Positions 37,968 through 50,404 of a DNA stretch of 64,000 nt are shown here, in pieces. The stretch covers positions 29,388,001-29,452,000 of the forward strand of contig OX597822.1 in NCBI GenBank assembly GCA_951406725.2. The letters are read 5' to 3'. Position numbers and translations under genes: made by a program. The first letter of the stretch is position 1; the number at the start of each line of letters is the position of its first letter. Below the pieces are notes generated by a model. That model was not told the origin of the DNA, did no database searches, and was given only the letters and a program-made list of their open reading frames with translations. The DNA comes from Octopus vulgaris. Its lineage: Eukaryota.

Positions 37968-38772
37968 GTGTGTCTCCCCCGCTAATTAGCAAAACACTAG
38001 CTTAATGATAACTAAGTTAGTTTACTAAATTCTTTGTTATATTTAAAGTAATTAAAAGAAACACGGAGCATCTCAATAGAAATATGGTAACGAAGGGGTT
38101 AACAGAGTGTGCTGGGTGTCTTTTATGTGCTGCTGGCACAGGTGCATTTATGAAGCACTGACGCAGGTGCTTTTTATGTGGCACCCATGCTGGTGCTGTG
38201 TAAATATATCCGTGCTGGTGAAAATAAGTAATCCTTTCTTATTTTGGCACAAGGCTGGCAAATTTGAGGAGTGGGGGAGGTTAATTACATTGGCCCCAGT
38301 GCTCAACTGGTAACTTATTTTGTCACCCCCTGAAAGGATGAAAAGCAAAGTCAACCTCAGTGGAATTTGAACAGAGTGGTTGGTGTCAGGAAGGGCATCC
38401 AGTTGTAGAAAACCATGCCAAATCAGACTGGAGTCTGGTGCAGCCTTCTAGCTTACCAGCCCTGGTCAAACCATCTAACCCATGCCCAGCATGGACAACA
38501 GATGTTAGATGATGACGATGACGATGAATGTAAAGTCAGGAGAAGTGCTGCTAAGCATGTTTATTTGGCATGTTAATGTTTCTGCCAGCTTGCTATCTTA
38601 CAGTTATAGATAAATAATAATATGTAGAATATTGGGTTAAAAACTCCCTTGGATGGAAAAAGTTGAAGGCTATCTATGGGGCTGAAACCCTCATCTTTTG
38701 TAAACATGACAGATGTTGTACCAAAGCAATTTTTTGAATTTCACCATCCATTTTTGTATTTAGCAGCTATTA

Positions 38773-39046
38773 TTGTGTTGAGTCAAAAGTTTTCCAATAT
38801 TTTGGCTCATTTTCTGCACTCACGACACTTCATTAACCAAGAGGTCATGGAAGCTTCAGTGAAGACTTTCTTCACCTCAAAGGACACAAACTAGTATCGG
38901 TATGGAATCAAAGAGCTGTCAGATAAGTGATTTCAGATGGTACAACACAATGGCCTCTATTTTGAATGCTAGGCTGCTTTTGTTGTAACTTGACAAATAA
39001 AGCCAATAAATTACCAAAATATTGCAAAACTTTTGACTCAACACAA
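38773..39046 (+). mobile_element. 274 bp mariner deletion derivative (MITE-like)
   Basis: 33 bp TIRs ttgtgttgagtcaaaagtttt(c/g)caatattttgg with 1 mismatch; interior reads AHFLHSRHF..FFTSKD..GIKELSDK..HNGLYFE (mariner C-terminus). Confidence 0.85.
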
Positions 39047-39272
39047 TGGATATAGTTTTTATCTGCTGTTCCACTCTTAAAAATGTTATATTTCATTTCT
39101 CTCAAAGTTTCTAAAATCATATGAAGTAAACTTATATTTACTTATATTTATGTTTTATTTAAATGGAGATTGACTTTTCTTAGCAAATTTTAAAGGGAGC
39201 GCTACATTTCTTCCTTAAAACAACCTTCTTTTATCTAAATATTTGTAGTAAAATTGCATTTGTCTTTTATAG

Positions 39273-39355
39273 GGAAAGGTTCACCTGGAGATCAGGTTTG
39301 ATGAGTACCTCAATACCGAACCAGAATCCTTCTCCTCTCACCGCATGGTTGTCAG
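39273..39355 (+). CDS. RASA3: RASA3-like exon (C2A-C2B linker)
   Basis: ttttatag|GKVHLEIRFDEYLNTEPESFSSHRMVV-ag|gtaagc; phase 0 to 2. Confidence 0.95.
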
Positions 39356-39949
39356 GTAAGCCAGAACTTTTGTTTTTAAAACTACTAATTGTGAAAATCC
39401 TACACTTGTTCATATAATCACATTGATCGTGGTGTCTTGGGAGCGTCTCAATTAATAGGACTGCTTCTCTAGTAAAGCTTTCTCTTTTCAGGCCCTCATT
39501 GGTAACACATTCATGATAAGCATATCTAGGTCATCACATCATATAAAATAGTAGCCAAAATCACTGACAAAAGATTCTTGCTATAAAGATTATGATATGT
39601 CTCAACAAAGTTAGTACACATCATATTGGTTCTATTAATGTTAATCCATTCATTTTCCTGGTTTATTGGAAATTTCAGACTTGACTCTCAACTGATTCCT
39701 TGATATTACAGGAACTGGCAAAAACCTCAATGTTAAAATCTGGTCAGGCTGAACATAGATCAACCAATCTAAATTAAAATAGATTTCTATGCTTCTATGG
39801 GTTAGATGGAATTCATGGAGGTAGATTTTCTATGGCCAGTTGCCTTTCTTGTTACCAATTCTTATTTTCAAACAAGTGAAATTTCTCCATGGCTGGACTT
39901 GTTTCCATGGAAGATTGTAAATGAATGACATTGCTTGTATGGCAGAGGC

Positions 39950-39982
<33 letters not shown>

Positions 39983-40442
39983 CAACAAGAATATCCAAGG
40001 TAGAGTAGTACAATTGTTTCATGCTACTTCATTTTATTAAACACTTGCTTGACTAAAGGCAGTACTCCAGCATGGCCGCAGTCAAATGACTGAAACAAGT
40101 AAAGAAAGAAAATCATCATCGCTGCCACTACCACCACAACTCTCATTGTTGTCGTCATCATTGTCACCATCACAACTGTTATCATCATAATTGTCACCAC
40201 CACCACCATCATCGTCATCACTACTACTGTCATCATCATCATCATCTTCATTGTCACCACCATCATCGTCATCTGCATTGCATCATCATCATCATCACCT
40301 CCACATCTATTATCATCATCACTATCATCTTCACACCTGTTATCATCATTGTCATCTCGTCGTCAATGTCTTGACTCTCCAGTCTCTTCCTGTATTGTTT
40401 GTTTTGCTGTTGTTGATAATATTGTTGTTTTCCATCCGACAG

Positions 40443-40605
40443 AGTTATTGAATGCTTGGACTTGACCGTGGTCAATGGTGCGTGCAATCCTTATGCTGTC
40501 ATCACATTAACTTTTGGAAAATCTCGGCACAGAGAAGAAGTGAAGCGGACGAGCGTCAAGAAGAAGACAATTTGTCCACAGTTTGAAGAAACGTTTTTCT
40601 TTGAT
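40443..40605 (+). CDS. RASA3: RASA3-like exon (C2B)
   Basis: gacag|a VIECLDLTVVNGACNPYAVITLTFGKSRHREEVKRTSVKKKTICPQFEETFFFD|gtaagt; phase 2 to 0. Confidence 0.95.
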
Positions 40606-41089
40606 GTAAGTGGGAGATTTTTGAGGGTGGTGGTGGTGGTGGCGGCGGTGGTAGGGGGTTGCTTTGAAATGTGGAGAAGGGTGATGCACAGTGACAAACC
40701 TCTCCAGCAGGTTTGATCCCCAACTGGGTTATTTCACTTGATCTCCTTCTCATACCACCTGATAGGGCACTAATAATGGTACCTACCAAGGTCCCAGCTA
40801 TGGGTGAACCCTTTTTTGCACTCTTGCTGTCTCCCACTCTCGCTCTCTCCCTCTCCCTTCCCTCTGGCTGGTTTGAGCAAAAAACGAGGTAGAATATTTG
40901 GGCTGGACATGGCCAGTTTAAATGCTGAAGAATTAATTTGCAGGTCACTGTGATCACCCCCTATGGACCCAGAATAGATGAAGCCCTTCAGCTCTTTAGC
41001 TTTTCATCTAAGAGAAGGTAACTCCATACAAATTCTGCATCCTGATAAATACTGAGTTCATGGCACTTGCACCACAAGACCAATACAAG

Positions 41090-41353
41090 ACCCACGGTCA
41101 TATGGCGTAGTGGTTAAGAGCACAGGCTACTAACCCTAAGGTTCCGAGTTCGATTCCAGGCAGTGACCTGAATAATAACAATAACAACAACAACATTGAA
41201 AAATACCTTAGGAATGAGAGCCCACGTTCGAAATTTCCCCAAGGGACCTAATGAAGGCTGGAGGGTATATCAGCCGAAACAAACAAGATGAGGCCAAATA
41301 TCTGTCAAATGTAAATAATGTACATAATTCCTCTTCTCTTAAATATAGAACTG
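41090..41353 (+). mobile_element. 264 bp retroposon with tRNA-like head and hammerhead-like motif
   Basis: 15 bp TSD caagaccaatacaag (41075-41089, 41354-41368); tRNA-like 41096-41169 with A box TGGCGTAGTGG and B box GAGTTCGATTCC; CTAATGA-A-GGCTG..CAGCC-GAAAC at 41248-41280. Confidence 0.8.
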
Positions 41354-42231
41354 CAAGACCAATACAAGTTTGATAGATGAGATAGTGGGGCTGGTTCTGC
41401 ACAATCCATGCTTTCTATAATAATATTCATCATACAGGTTGTTCAGCAAACCAAGACACTGGTACCAACATTATTATACTTTCTTCATGTCTCTAGTGAT
41501 ATTGGACTAAGAACATTTTGCAGTTGTGCCCTGTTGAACCTTCAATTGTTGAAGTGACAGAAGGGTCCAGACTTCTCATATCTGAAATTTGTAGCTATGG
41601 GCTGTCACACTGCATAGAAAGGACCCTTGTAGTCATGGGGTCAAGATGAGTGGATGATCTTCAAGCTATTTTTTTTCTAGGTCCCCTCTTCCCAGCTCCT
41701 GGAAGTTGTTGGAATTTCAGTCCATCAGAAAATGCCTCAATGCTGACCACCATTGCTTATTTTTCTCACATGATGGACACTCCCACATCTTTGTCTTCTT
41801 GGATCCACTTGCAAGGAAGCAAAGCAGTGGTTGGTAAGAAGTATGACTGCTTTGAGATTCCCTGCCAAACTTATGTGGGATTTCACATCACCTCATTACT
41901 AAATAAGGCCATGAAAAAATCTGTTAGGAATATCTTGAGAGGTTGTGTTCCTGGAAGAAATAAAGTCCACGGTTAAGCTGCTTCCTTATTCACTACATGG
42001 GTTCGTTAGTGACAGTAAGGTATAAGCAAAAGCATTGCAAGCAGGTGGAATAAGGGTATTATTGTACCCTTATTCTATCAACTATGCATTATTACACAGC
42101 ATGTATCACGTCACCTCTTATAATGTATGTATGAAACTATGGCAACATACACAAGCACTTTTACAAGCATACCCACAAATTTTGTATTGTTATACATCCA
42201 GGTTTTACTATTCTTCACCATCATCGTATTT

Positions 42232-42600
42232 GTCATCATCACCTGCACAGGAGTCAGTCCAGCAGCATTGGCAACGACCTCGCTCGCACGCGAACAAAAC
42301 ATTCGAGCGAGGTCGTTGCCAGTGCCACTGGACTGACTGCTGTGCAGGTGGCACGTAAAAAACACCATTTGAGCGTGGCCGTTCCCAGTACTGCCAGACG
42401 GGCCCTCATGCCAGTGGCACGTAAAAGCACCTACTACACTCTCGGAGTGGTTGGCGTTAGGAAGGACATCCAGCTGTAGAAACTCTACCAGATCAGATTG
42501 GAGCCTGTTGCAGCCATCTGGTTCGCCAGTCCTCAGTCAAATCGTCCAACCCATGCTAGCATGGAAAGCAGACGTTGAATGATGTTGATGATGATGATGA
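42232..42600 (+). mobile_element. Family C element
   Basis: ggtggcacgtaaaaa repeats, core and (GAT)n tail; short inverted segment at 5' end. Confidence 0.75.
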
Positions 42601-43245
42601 TCATCGTCATCATTGTTTTTTAATGTCTTCTTTTCCCTACTGTCATGGCTCAGACAATTTGTTGAGGTGGATTTTCTATGGCTGAACACCCTTCCTGTCA
42701 CCAGTATTGACCTGTTTCCAAGTAAGATATTTTCCCATGACTAGTCATGTTTCCACAGAATATTGGTGACAGAAGGCATAGCTCGCATGAGAGTGACACT
42801 CATTTACAACTATCGTGTGATGTCAAGGCAAGGAAATGATGACACATACACACACACATACACACACGCATACACATGCTGGGCTTCTTTCAGTTTCCAC
42901 TTAGAAAACTTTGGTTGACCTGGGCTGCAGTAGAAGACACTTGCCCATGGTTCCATGCAATGAAATTGAATCTAAAACTGTGGTTGGGAAGTGGACTTAG
43001 TAACCACAGAGCCATGTCTGCCCCTGTCATACAGCCATACCTACAAATGGCTAAAGGTTTTTATTATTATTTCTTTTTATTTTAAATACAAGATATTGTT
43101 GTTAGTACCTTGTAATTTTTTCAAATGTCTGCTAATATCTCTCATTTTTGAAACAAATTTGTTGAGAATTCCTTTTAGGAATATCTTCAGCTTAAAAATA
43201 TTTTTAAAAATCCTTTTTCTTTTTCTTGTTTTTTTTTTCTCTCAG

Positions 43246-43316
43246 CTTGACAAACGGAATCAAAATGGGGACAGAAACCAATACATTTTTGAAGATTTTC
43301 TCAGTGGAGATGTATG
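43246..43316 (+). CDS. RASA3: RASA3-like exon (C2B)
   Basis: Long polypyrimidine tract, ctcag|LDKRNQNGDRNQYIFEDFLSGDV-tg|gtaagt; phase 0 to 2 bridges neighbouring exons. Confidence 0.88.
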
Positions 43317-43656
43317 GTAAGTCAATAAAATTGTTGTTACTGTTACCCTCAACCCCTACCCATAAATATCAGAGACATTTATCTTACCATCATTGTTGAT
43401 GTTGTTGCTACTGGTGTCTACTCTTTCATGTTGGTAGAAGCTTTGCAGTACTGTTATCATCAGCACCACTTAGTGTCTACTTTCCTATGTTTGTATGGTT
43501 CAGATGAAATTTGTTGTCAGACAGAGTTTCTACTACCACCAGATGCCCTTCCTATTGCCAACCCTCACCTGTTTCCAAGCGAGGTAATAATTTCCCGTGG
43601 CTAGACACGGGTTTTCAAGCAAGACTGGAAACGAATGACATCACTTGTATTATAGT

Positions 43657-43960
43657 TTTCTTTGTTCCTTTTTGAGCCATGCCTGGCTCATAAGGGCTGG
43701 TTTCCCGGTTTCTTGGCGTATAGGTTCCCCACCTGGATGGGACGCCGGTCCATTGCAGGTGAGCTGCAAGATGCAGGAGGAAAGAGTGAGAGAAAGTTGT
43801 GGCGAAAGAGTCAGCAGAAGTTTCGCCATTACCTTCTGCTGGAGCTGTGTGGAGCTTAGGTGTTTTGCTCATAAACACACACATCGTCCGGTCTGAGATT
43901 TGAACCCGCGATCCCTCAACCGCAAGTCCGCTGCTTTAAGCACTAGGCCATGTGCCTCCA
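43657..43960 (-). mobile_element. tRNA-derived SINE with family-D-like head and a different tail
   Basis: TSD cttgtattatagt (43644-43656, 43961-43973); head tggaggcacatggcctagtg..gggttcaaatc. Confidence 0.85.
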
Positions 43961-44309
43961 CTTGTATTATAGTGATGCTTGTTAACAGCCATCACATGAT
44001 GTGAGGACAAGAACAAACACACTCACACACACACACACATACACACACACGTGATCAACTCCTTTCAGTGACCATCTGTCAAATACACTTTCAAGGTTTT
44101 GGTTGTCCCAGGGCTATAGTAGAAAACAGACCCTTGTCCAAGATGCTGCACAGTGGGACTGAACCAGCAACCACATGGTTGAGTAAGCAACCTGTTCCAT
44201 GTTCATTTTCTTTCAGTCTGTATTTTGTAATGAAAAGAATATTCAAGAAATGATTATTTCCACTGGGGTTTGAAACCCCAACCAATGTTTTACACAATTG
44301 TCATTTCAG

Positions 44310-44438
44310 TATATCATTGTGGCATGATGATACCAAAGTGTCTCGAGAAGTCTTAGGTGGTATCTTTCCTGGTGCTTTTCTTGGAGAGGTGAAAATTCCA
44401 TTACGTGATTTAGATCCAAAATCGGTACACAAGGCATG
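44310..44438 (+). CDS. RASA3: RASA3-like exon (end of C2B)
   Basis: tttcag|t ISLWHDDTKVSREVLGGIFPGAFLGEVKIPLRDLDPKSVHKA-tg|gtatgt; phase 2 to 2. Confidence 0.94.
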
Positions 44439-44479
44439 GTATGTATTACACTTTGTCTTATTTTTTTCTCTTTGACATT

Positions 44480-46281
44480 TGAACCCTTTTGATATCAGCC
44501 CCTTGGAGATCTCCCTTGGTTCTGTAATACAAACTTCCTGTTTAACCCTTTAGTGTTCAGATTACTCTGTTACATGTAATATTTTTTTTACTCAAATTGT
44601 TCTTAATTAATCCTGCATTATCTTATAGCTTTTGAGGTTTCAATGATGTGATTGTTTATTTTTAGCATGACATTGTAGGTTAGGTGTGAGAGGCCAGATA
44701 TCGCCAGTTTGAATATAAAACATAGAATATTTGGGCTGGATATGGCTGGTTTAAACATCCTCATCATCATCCGCTTTCCATACTAGCATGGGTTGGACGG
44801 TTCAACTGGGGTCTGGGAAGCCCGAAGGCTGCACAAGGCCAATCAGATCTGGCAGTATTTCTACAGCTGGATGCTCTTCCTAACGCCAACCTCTCCGTGA
44901 GTGTAGTGGGTGCTTTTTATGTGCCACCGACACAGGTGCCAGACGAGGCTGGCGAACGGCCATGCTCAGATGGTGTTTGTTACAAAGTGATCAAGATTAA
45001 AACCTTTGATTAAAATTTTGTCTTAATTCTGTTCCAAACATCTGCATAATTCTCTTGGTACCAACCCATTTGAGACTACTCCTTGTTTTATGAAACAAAC
45101 TTCCTGTTTTAACTTTTTGCATTTAAACTGACTATGTTTGGCCAAAACACTCTACTTGTTTTATTTTCAAACCAGTCAAACCCCAGCCTATTACACCTAC
45201 CCTACAATGTCATTTAAAAAATAAACAATCATAACATTGAAATCTTGAAGCTACAAAATAATGCATAATTAATTCAAAACAGTGTGAATAAAGAAGCATT
45301 TTATTTGAGGTGGGTTACCTAAATGCCAAAATGTTTCAAATCTATCTTTTACTCTCTTTTACTTGTTTCAGTCATTTGACTGTGACCATGCTGGAGTACT
45401 GCCTTTTAGTCAAGCAAATCGACCCCCAGGACTTATTCTTTGGAAGCCTAGTACTTATTCTATCAGTCTCTTTTGCCGAACTGTTAAGTTATGGGGATGT
45501 AAACACACCACCATTGGTTGTCAAGCAATGTTGGGTGGGGACAAACACAAGCATACAAACATATACTCACACATACATTATATATATATATATATATAAT
45601 CATCATCATCATCATTGTTTAGCTCCGTTTTCCATGCTAGCATGGGTTGGACAGTTCGACTGGGGTCTGAGAAGCAAGGAGGCTGCACCAGGCTCCAGTC
45701 TGATCTGGCAATGTTTCTACAGCTGGATATCCTTCCTAACGCCAACCACTCCATGAGTGTAGTGGGTGCTTTTTACGTGCCACCAGCACCAGGGCCACAG
45801 GAGGCTGGCAAATGGCCAATGATGGGCTTCTTTCAGTTTTCGTCTACCAAATCCACTCACAAGGCTTTGGTCGGCCCAAGGCTGTAGTAGAAGACACTTG
45901 CCCAAGGAGACACGCAGTGGGAATGAACCCAGAACCATGTGGCTGGTAAGCAAACTACTTACCACACAGCCACTCCTATTGAAATTTTGTATTAATTTAT
46001 GTTCCAGATATCAGCTTCATTATATCAAATCTGTTTCCCTAAACTCTTCATCATTATGAAAGTTAATTGAAACGAAGACAATGTATTTCGGCAAAAATAT
46101 GGTAACTAAAGGGTTAAAGTGATCTGAATGACAACTTTACATCAAAATTTCATGTTAATTTCTGTTCTGAACACCAGTTTAAGGATGACAAATTTTTTTT
46201 ACTAATTTCTTCATAATTTTCAAAATCAATTGAAACAAAGACAGTGAATTTCAGCAGAAATATGATAACAAAAGGGATTAA
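44480..46281. mobile_element. Nested cluster of TTAA-bounded piggyBac-like MITE pieces and SINEs
   Basis: ttaaccctt starts and aaagggttaa ends (e.g. near 44543, 46117, 46281), interrupted by family A and C elements; related pieces near 17110-17215, 38000-38103, 52310-52505. Confidence 0.6.
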
Positions 46282-46547
46282 CATGCCAGGCGATATGCTT
46301 AGTGATATTTCACCCATCGCTACATTCTGAGTTCAAATTCCGCCAAGGTTGACTTTGCCTTTCATCCTTTCAGGGTCAATAAATTAAGTACCAGTGAAAT
46401 TCTGGGGTCAATGTAATCAACTAGTCCCTCCCCCAAAAAACTTCAGGCCTCGTGTCTATATGTCTATAATAGAAAAGATTATAATTTAGCATATGTGACT
46501 TACTAAATATCCTTTACTATATTTTTAAGGCAAAAAAATGACCCAGA
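46278..46547 (+). repeat. 270 bp local duplication, copy 1 (copy 2 at 47607-47876)
   Basis: Appears identical by eye, including non-SINE flank. Confidence 0.9.
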
Positions 46548-46677
46548 CTTTATTCACTTAGATAGGTTTCAAATGAAGAACACAAAGCTGCTTGTACTTA
46601 TTAATTTGTTTTCAGATTATGCTTGAAAAGCTTTAAATGCAATAGCTCTTCTTCACTGATAAGAAATCTGTGTTTTA

Positions 46678-47428
46678 AGGCGGCGAGCTGGCAGAAACGT
46701 TAGCACGTTGGGCGAAATGCGTATTGGTACTTCGTCTGTCTTTACGTTCTGAGTTCAAATTCCACCGAGCCTGACTTTGCATTTCATTCTTTCGGGGGTC
46801 GATTAAATAAGTACCAGTTACACACTGGGGTCGATATAATCGACTTAATCCGTTTGTCTGTCCTTGTTTGTCCTCTCTGTGTTTAGCCCCTTGTGGGTAG
46901 TAAAGAAATAGGTATTTCGACTTTGCCTTTCATCCTTTCGGGGGTCGATTAAATAAGTACCAGTTACACACTGGGGTCGATATAATCGACTTAATCCGTT
47001 TGTCTGTCCTTGTTTGTCCGCTCTGTGTTTAGCCCCTTGTGGGTAGTAAAGAAATAGGTATTTCATCTGCCGCTACGTTCTGAGTTCAAATTCCGCCGAG
47101 GTCGACTTTGCCTTTCATCCTTTCGGGGGTCGATTAAATAAGTACCAGTCACACACTGGAGTCGATATAATTGATTTAATCCGTTTGTCTGTCCTTGTTT
47201 GTCCGCTCTGTGTTTAGCCTCTTGTGGGTAGTAAAGAAATAGGTATTTTGTCTGTCTTTACATTCTGAGTTCAAATTCCGCCGAGGTCGACTTTGCCTTT
47301 CATCCTTTCGGGGTCGATAAATTAAGTGCCAGTTACACACTGAGGTCGATTTAATCGACTTAATCCCTTTGTCTGTCCTTGTTTGTCCTCTCTATGTTTA
47401 GCCCCTTGTGGGCAATAAAGAAATATGA
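46678..47428 (+). mobile_element. Head-to-tail tetramer of SINE family B
   Basis: One head aaggcggcgagctggcagaaacgttagc followed by four body units joined by gtagtaaagaaataggtattt. Confidence 0.88.
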
Positions 47429-49032
47429 AATCTGTGTTTTGACACTTGTGCATTTTAACCCAAGGTGTCATGCAGCGGGACTGAACCCTAAAATCATGTG
47501 GTTGGAAAGCAAATTTCTTAACCTCATGGTCATACTGGCACCTATATAAAACTAGTTATTAGTCAGTATTATATTGTAGCATAAAGGCGGTGAGCTGGCA
47601 GAATCTTTAACATGCCAGGCGATATGCTTAGTGATATTTCACCCATCGCTACATTCTGAGTTCAAATTCCGCCAAGGTTGACTTTGCCTTTCATCCTTTC
47701 AGGGTCAATAAATTAAGTACCAGTGAAATTCTGGGGTCAATGTAATCAACTAGTCCCTCCCCCAAAAAACTTCAGGCCTCGTGTCTATATGTCTATAATA
47801 GAAAAGATTATAATTTAGCATATGTGACTTACTAAATATCCTTTACTATATTTTTAAGGCAAAAAAATGACCCAGATTTCATCTGATTTCTCCTCCTTTT
47901 CCCATTTTCTTCTTTGCTTTTGTAATTTGCATAGATTTAGCAGTTGTTATATGGAACACTTAAATTGAATAAACAAAGGGTTGAACCTGAAACTCTGTGG
48001 TTGGGAAGACAGCTTCTTAACCACACACCCATGCAAAGAAAAAAAAAAACAAACAGAAAATACAAACCAAAACAGAAACATGGTTTTCTTTGAAACAGTG
48101 AACTGTGGTTGTACTTGGAAGGAATGAAAATAAACTAAATAGGATTCTACTCAATCTTGAATGATTTCCAAGTTCTTGGAACAATGGCTATGATATTCAG
48201 GTGCAAGTCAATTAAGAATTCATAAATAATTTATTCCAACTTTTGTTTCCTTATTCTAAAGATTTCCTTATTTTTCTTTATGTATTATATCTCATGTGGC
48301 CTGGTGGTTATGCTGTTGAACTCATGATTGCTAGATCATGGGTTCAGTTCCAACACCAAGCGGTACAGTGGTGCATTCTGTTCTTGAGCAAAAACTTCAT
48401 TTAACATTGCTCCTGTGCCCCATCTTTTGATCATTGGGTACAGGGCGGAATGTTGGCTTGCTTGCCAACAGCAGGGTGACATCATCTGAAGGCTAAAATG
48501 CTGCGAAGTTCATTGTGGCTAGTGATGTGTGACAGTATCCAATAGTTTGGTTGGTCATGTGATCATGTGATTATATCTGATGTGAAGTCAATAACTTGAT
48601 AATACTGCTTAGGCTGTTATTAATAATAACCATATATGGAGTTGGCAGTGGTGGTGTGTGCATTGGAGAACCTCTATATGGTCACTTTACCTGCTAGAAA
48701 TAGCTGCTGAATCTCCCTCATATTACACATCACAGTCTTAAATAAATTATACATTAGATTGGAGGTTTTCTTATGGTGGGGGCTAGATCCCCTAAAAGTG
48801 TGGTTGTGAAAATTGAAAAGCAAATAAGCAAATTGCTGTTTTTAATGCAATTAGTGTTAAGCTTTTAAAAACTTGTCCAACACCATGGAAAAGAAAGAAG
48901 AATCACATGGGTGCAAACTCAGTTTTGTTTTTTGTCATTAAAGGGTAGGAAATAAACATGTTCAAATACTTAAGTTTACACCTTTCAAAATTCAGTGAGA
49001 CAAAGAGTTAAAAGTATTTATTTTTCTTTCAG

Positions 49033-49183
49033 GTACTTCCTCCATGCTCGAGAAAATGGTAAACAGACGCGACAAGAACTGGGTTCATTACGGCTCCGAA
49101 TCTCATATACCTCTGATTATGTTTTCTCTTCCCACTACTACGATGAACTCAGGAATTTATTGTTGAATTCAGAAAGTTGTACT
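49033..49183 (+). CDS. RASA3: RASA3-like exon
   Basis: tttcag|g YFLHARENGKQTRQELGSLRLRISYTSDYVFSSHYYDELRNLLLNSESCT|gtaagc; phase 2 to 0. Confidence 0.95.
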
Positions 49184-50404
49184 GTAAGCTAATCAATTAA
49201 TATTGCGATTGCTAATTTCTTAAAGAGTGGCGGATATATTTATGAATGAACTACTTGCTTCCTGGTTTTTATTTTTGGTTGGAGCAATATCATGCATTAT
49301 ACTTATGACATCATCATCATTATCATTGTTATTTATCTTTTATGCATTATTTGCTTTAGTCATTGGACTGTGGCCAGGCCGGAGCACTGACACAAAAGGT
49401 TTAGTTAAGCAAATTGACTCTAGTACTAATTGTTATTTTAAGTTTGGTGCTTGTTTTGTTGGTCTTTTTTGCTGAACCACTAGGTTACAAGGATGTTAAC
49501 AAACCAATACTGGTTGTCAATGATGTGAGGGGAATGGACAAACATAAAGACACACACACATGTAACGGACTTCCACACAGATTCTGTCTATCAAAATTAC
49601 TTACAAGACATTGGTTGGCCTGGGGCCATACTAGAAGACATTCTAGGTGCCATACAGCAGGCCTGAACTCAAAACCACATGGCTGCAAAACAAATTTCTT
49701 ACCTACACAGCCATTCTGTGATGCTGGCATGAGTTGGACAGGTCTTCCTAAGGAAGTATTCTACAACTTGATGCCCTTCTTGATAGCAACTTAATTTGTT
49801 TTCAAGTGAGGTATTTTATTCCAATGGTTTTTACATTTCAAGCTACTGAGTAGGATGTTTTGTTTACAAGGGCATAAAGTAATGTCACTGGTGCCCAAGG
49901 TGTCAGCACTAGAGAAGTTATCATGTCTTGCATAACTAACGAGTCCTCTCTACTCTATGTTGTCTGTTCAGTTGCCAGTCTCTTTACCAAATGTATTAAG
50001 TGTACTGTATTGTGGCACCAACACTAGATAGGTTGCCTGGTCCCTTGCAAGACCAGGGAATACTCCAGACATTACTTGTGCATTTAAATATTGGTTTCAA
50101 ATTTTGACACAAGGCCAGTAATTTTGTAGGAGGCATTTGAACTCAAAACATAAGGGCAGACAAGATACCACTAAGCATTTTGCCCAGCATGCTAACAGTT
50201 CTGCCAGCTCACCACCTTAATTATAACAATCCTTTCTGCTATAGGTACAAAGCCTGAAACTTTGGAGGAGGAGTTAGTCGATTACATCGACCCCAGTCCT
50301 CAACTGGTACTTTATTTTATCGACCTTGAAAAGATGAAAAGCAAAGTTGACCTCAGTTCTAACTATTCCGCTAGCTTGCCACCTTTGTGCATTTGAATAT
50401 AAAT

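Noticed and set aside
41096-41169. Functional tRNA gene
   Set aside because: Acceptor, anticodon and T stems are mismatched, no oligo-T terminator follows, and it lies within a TSD-flanked element
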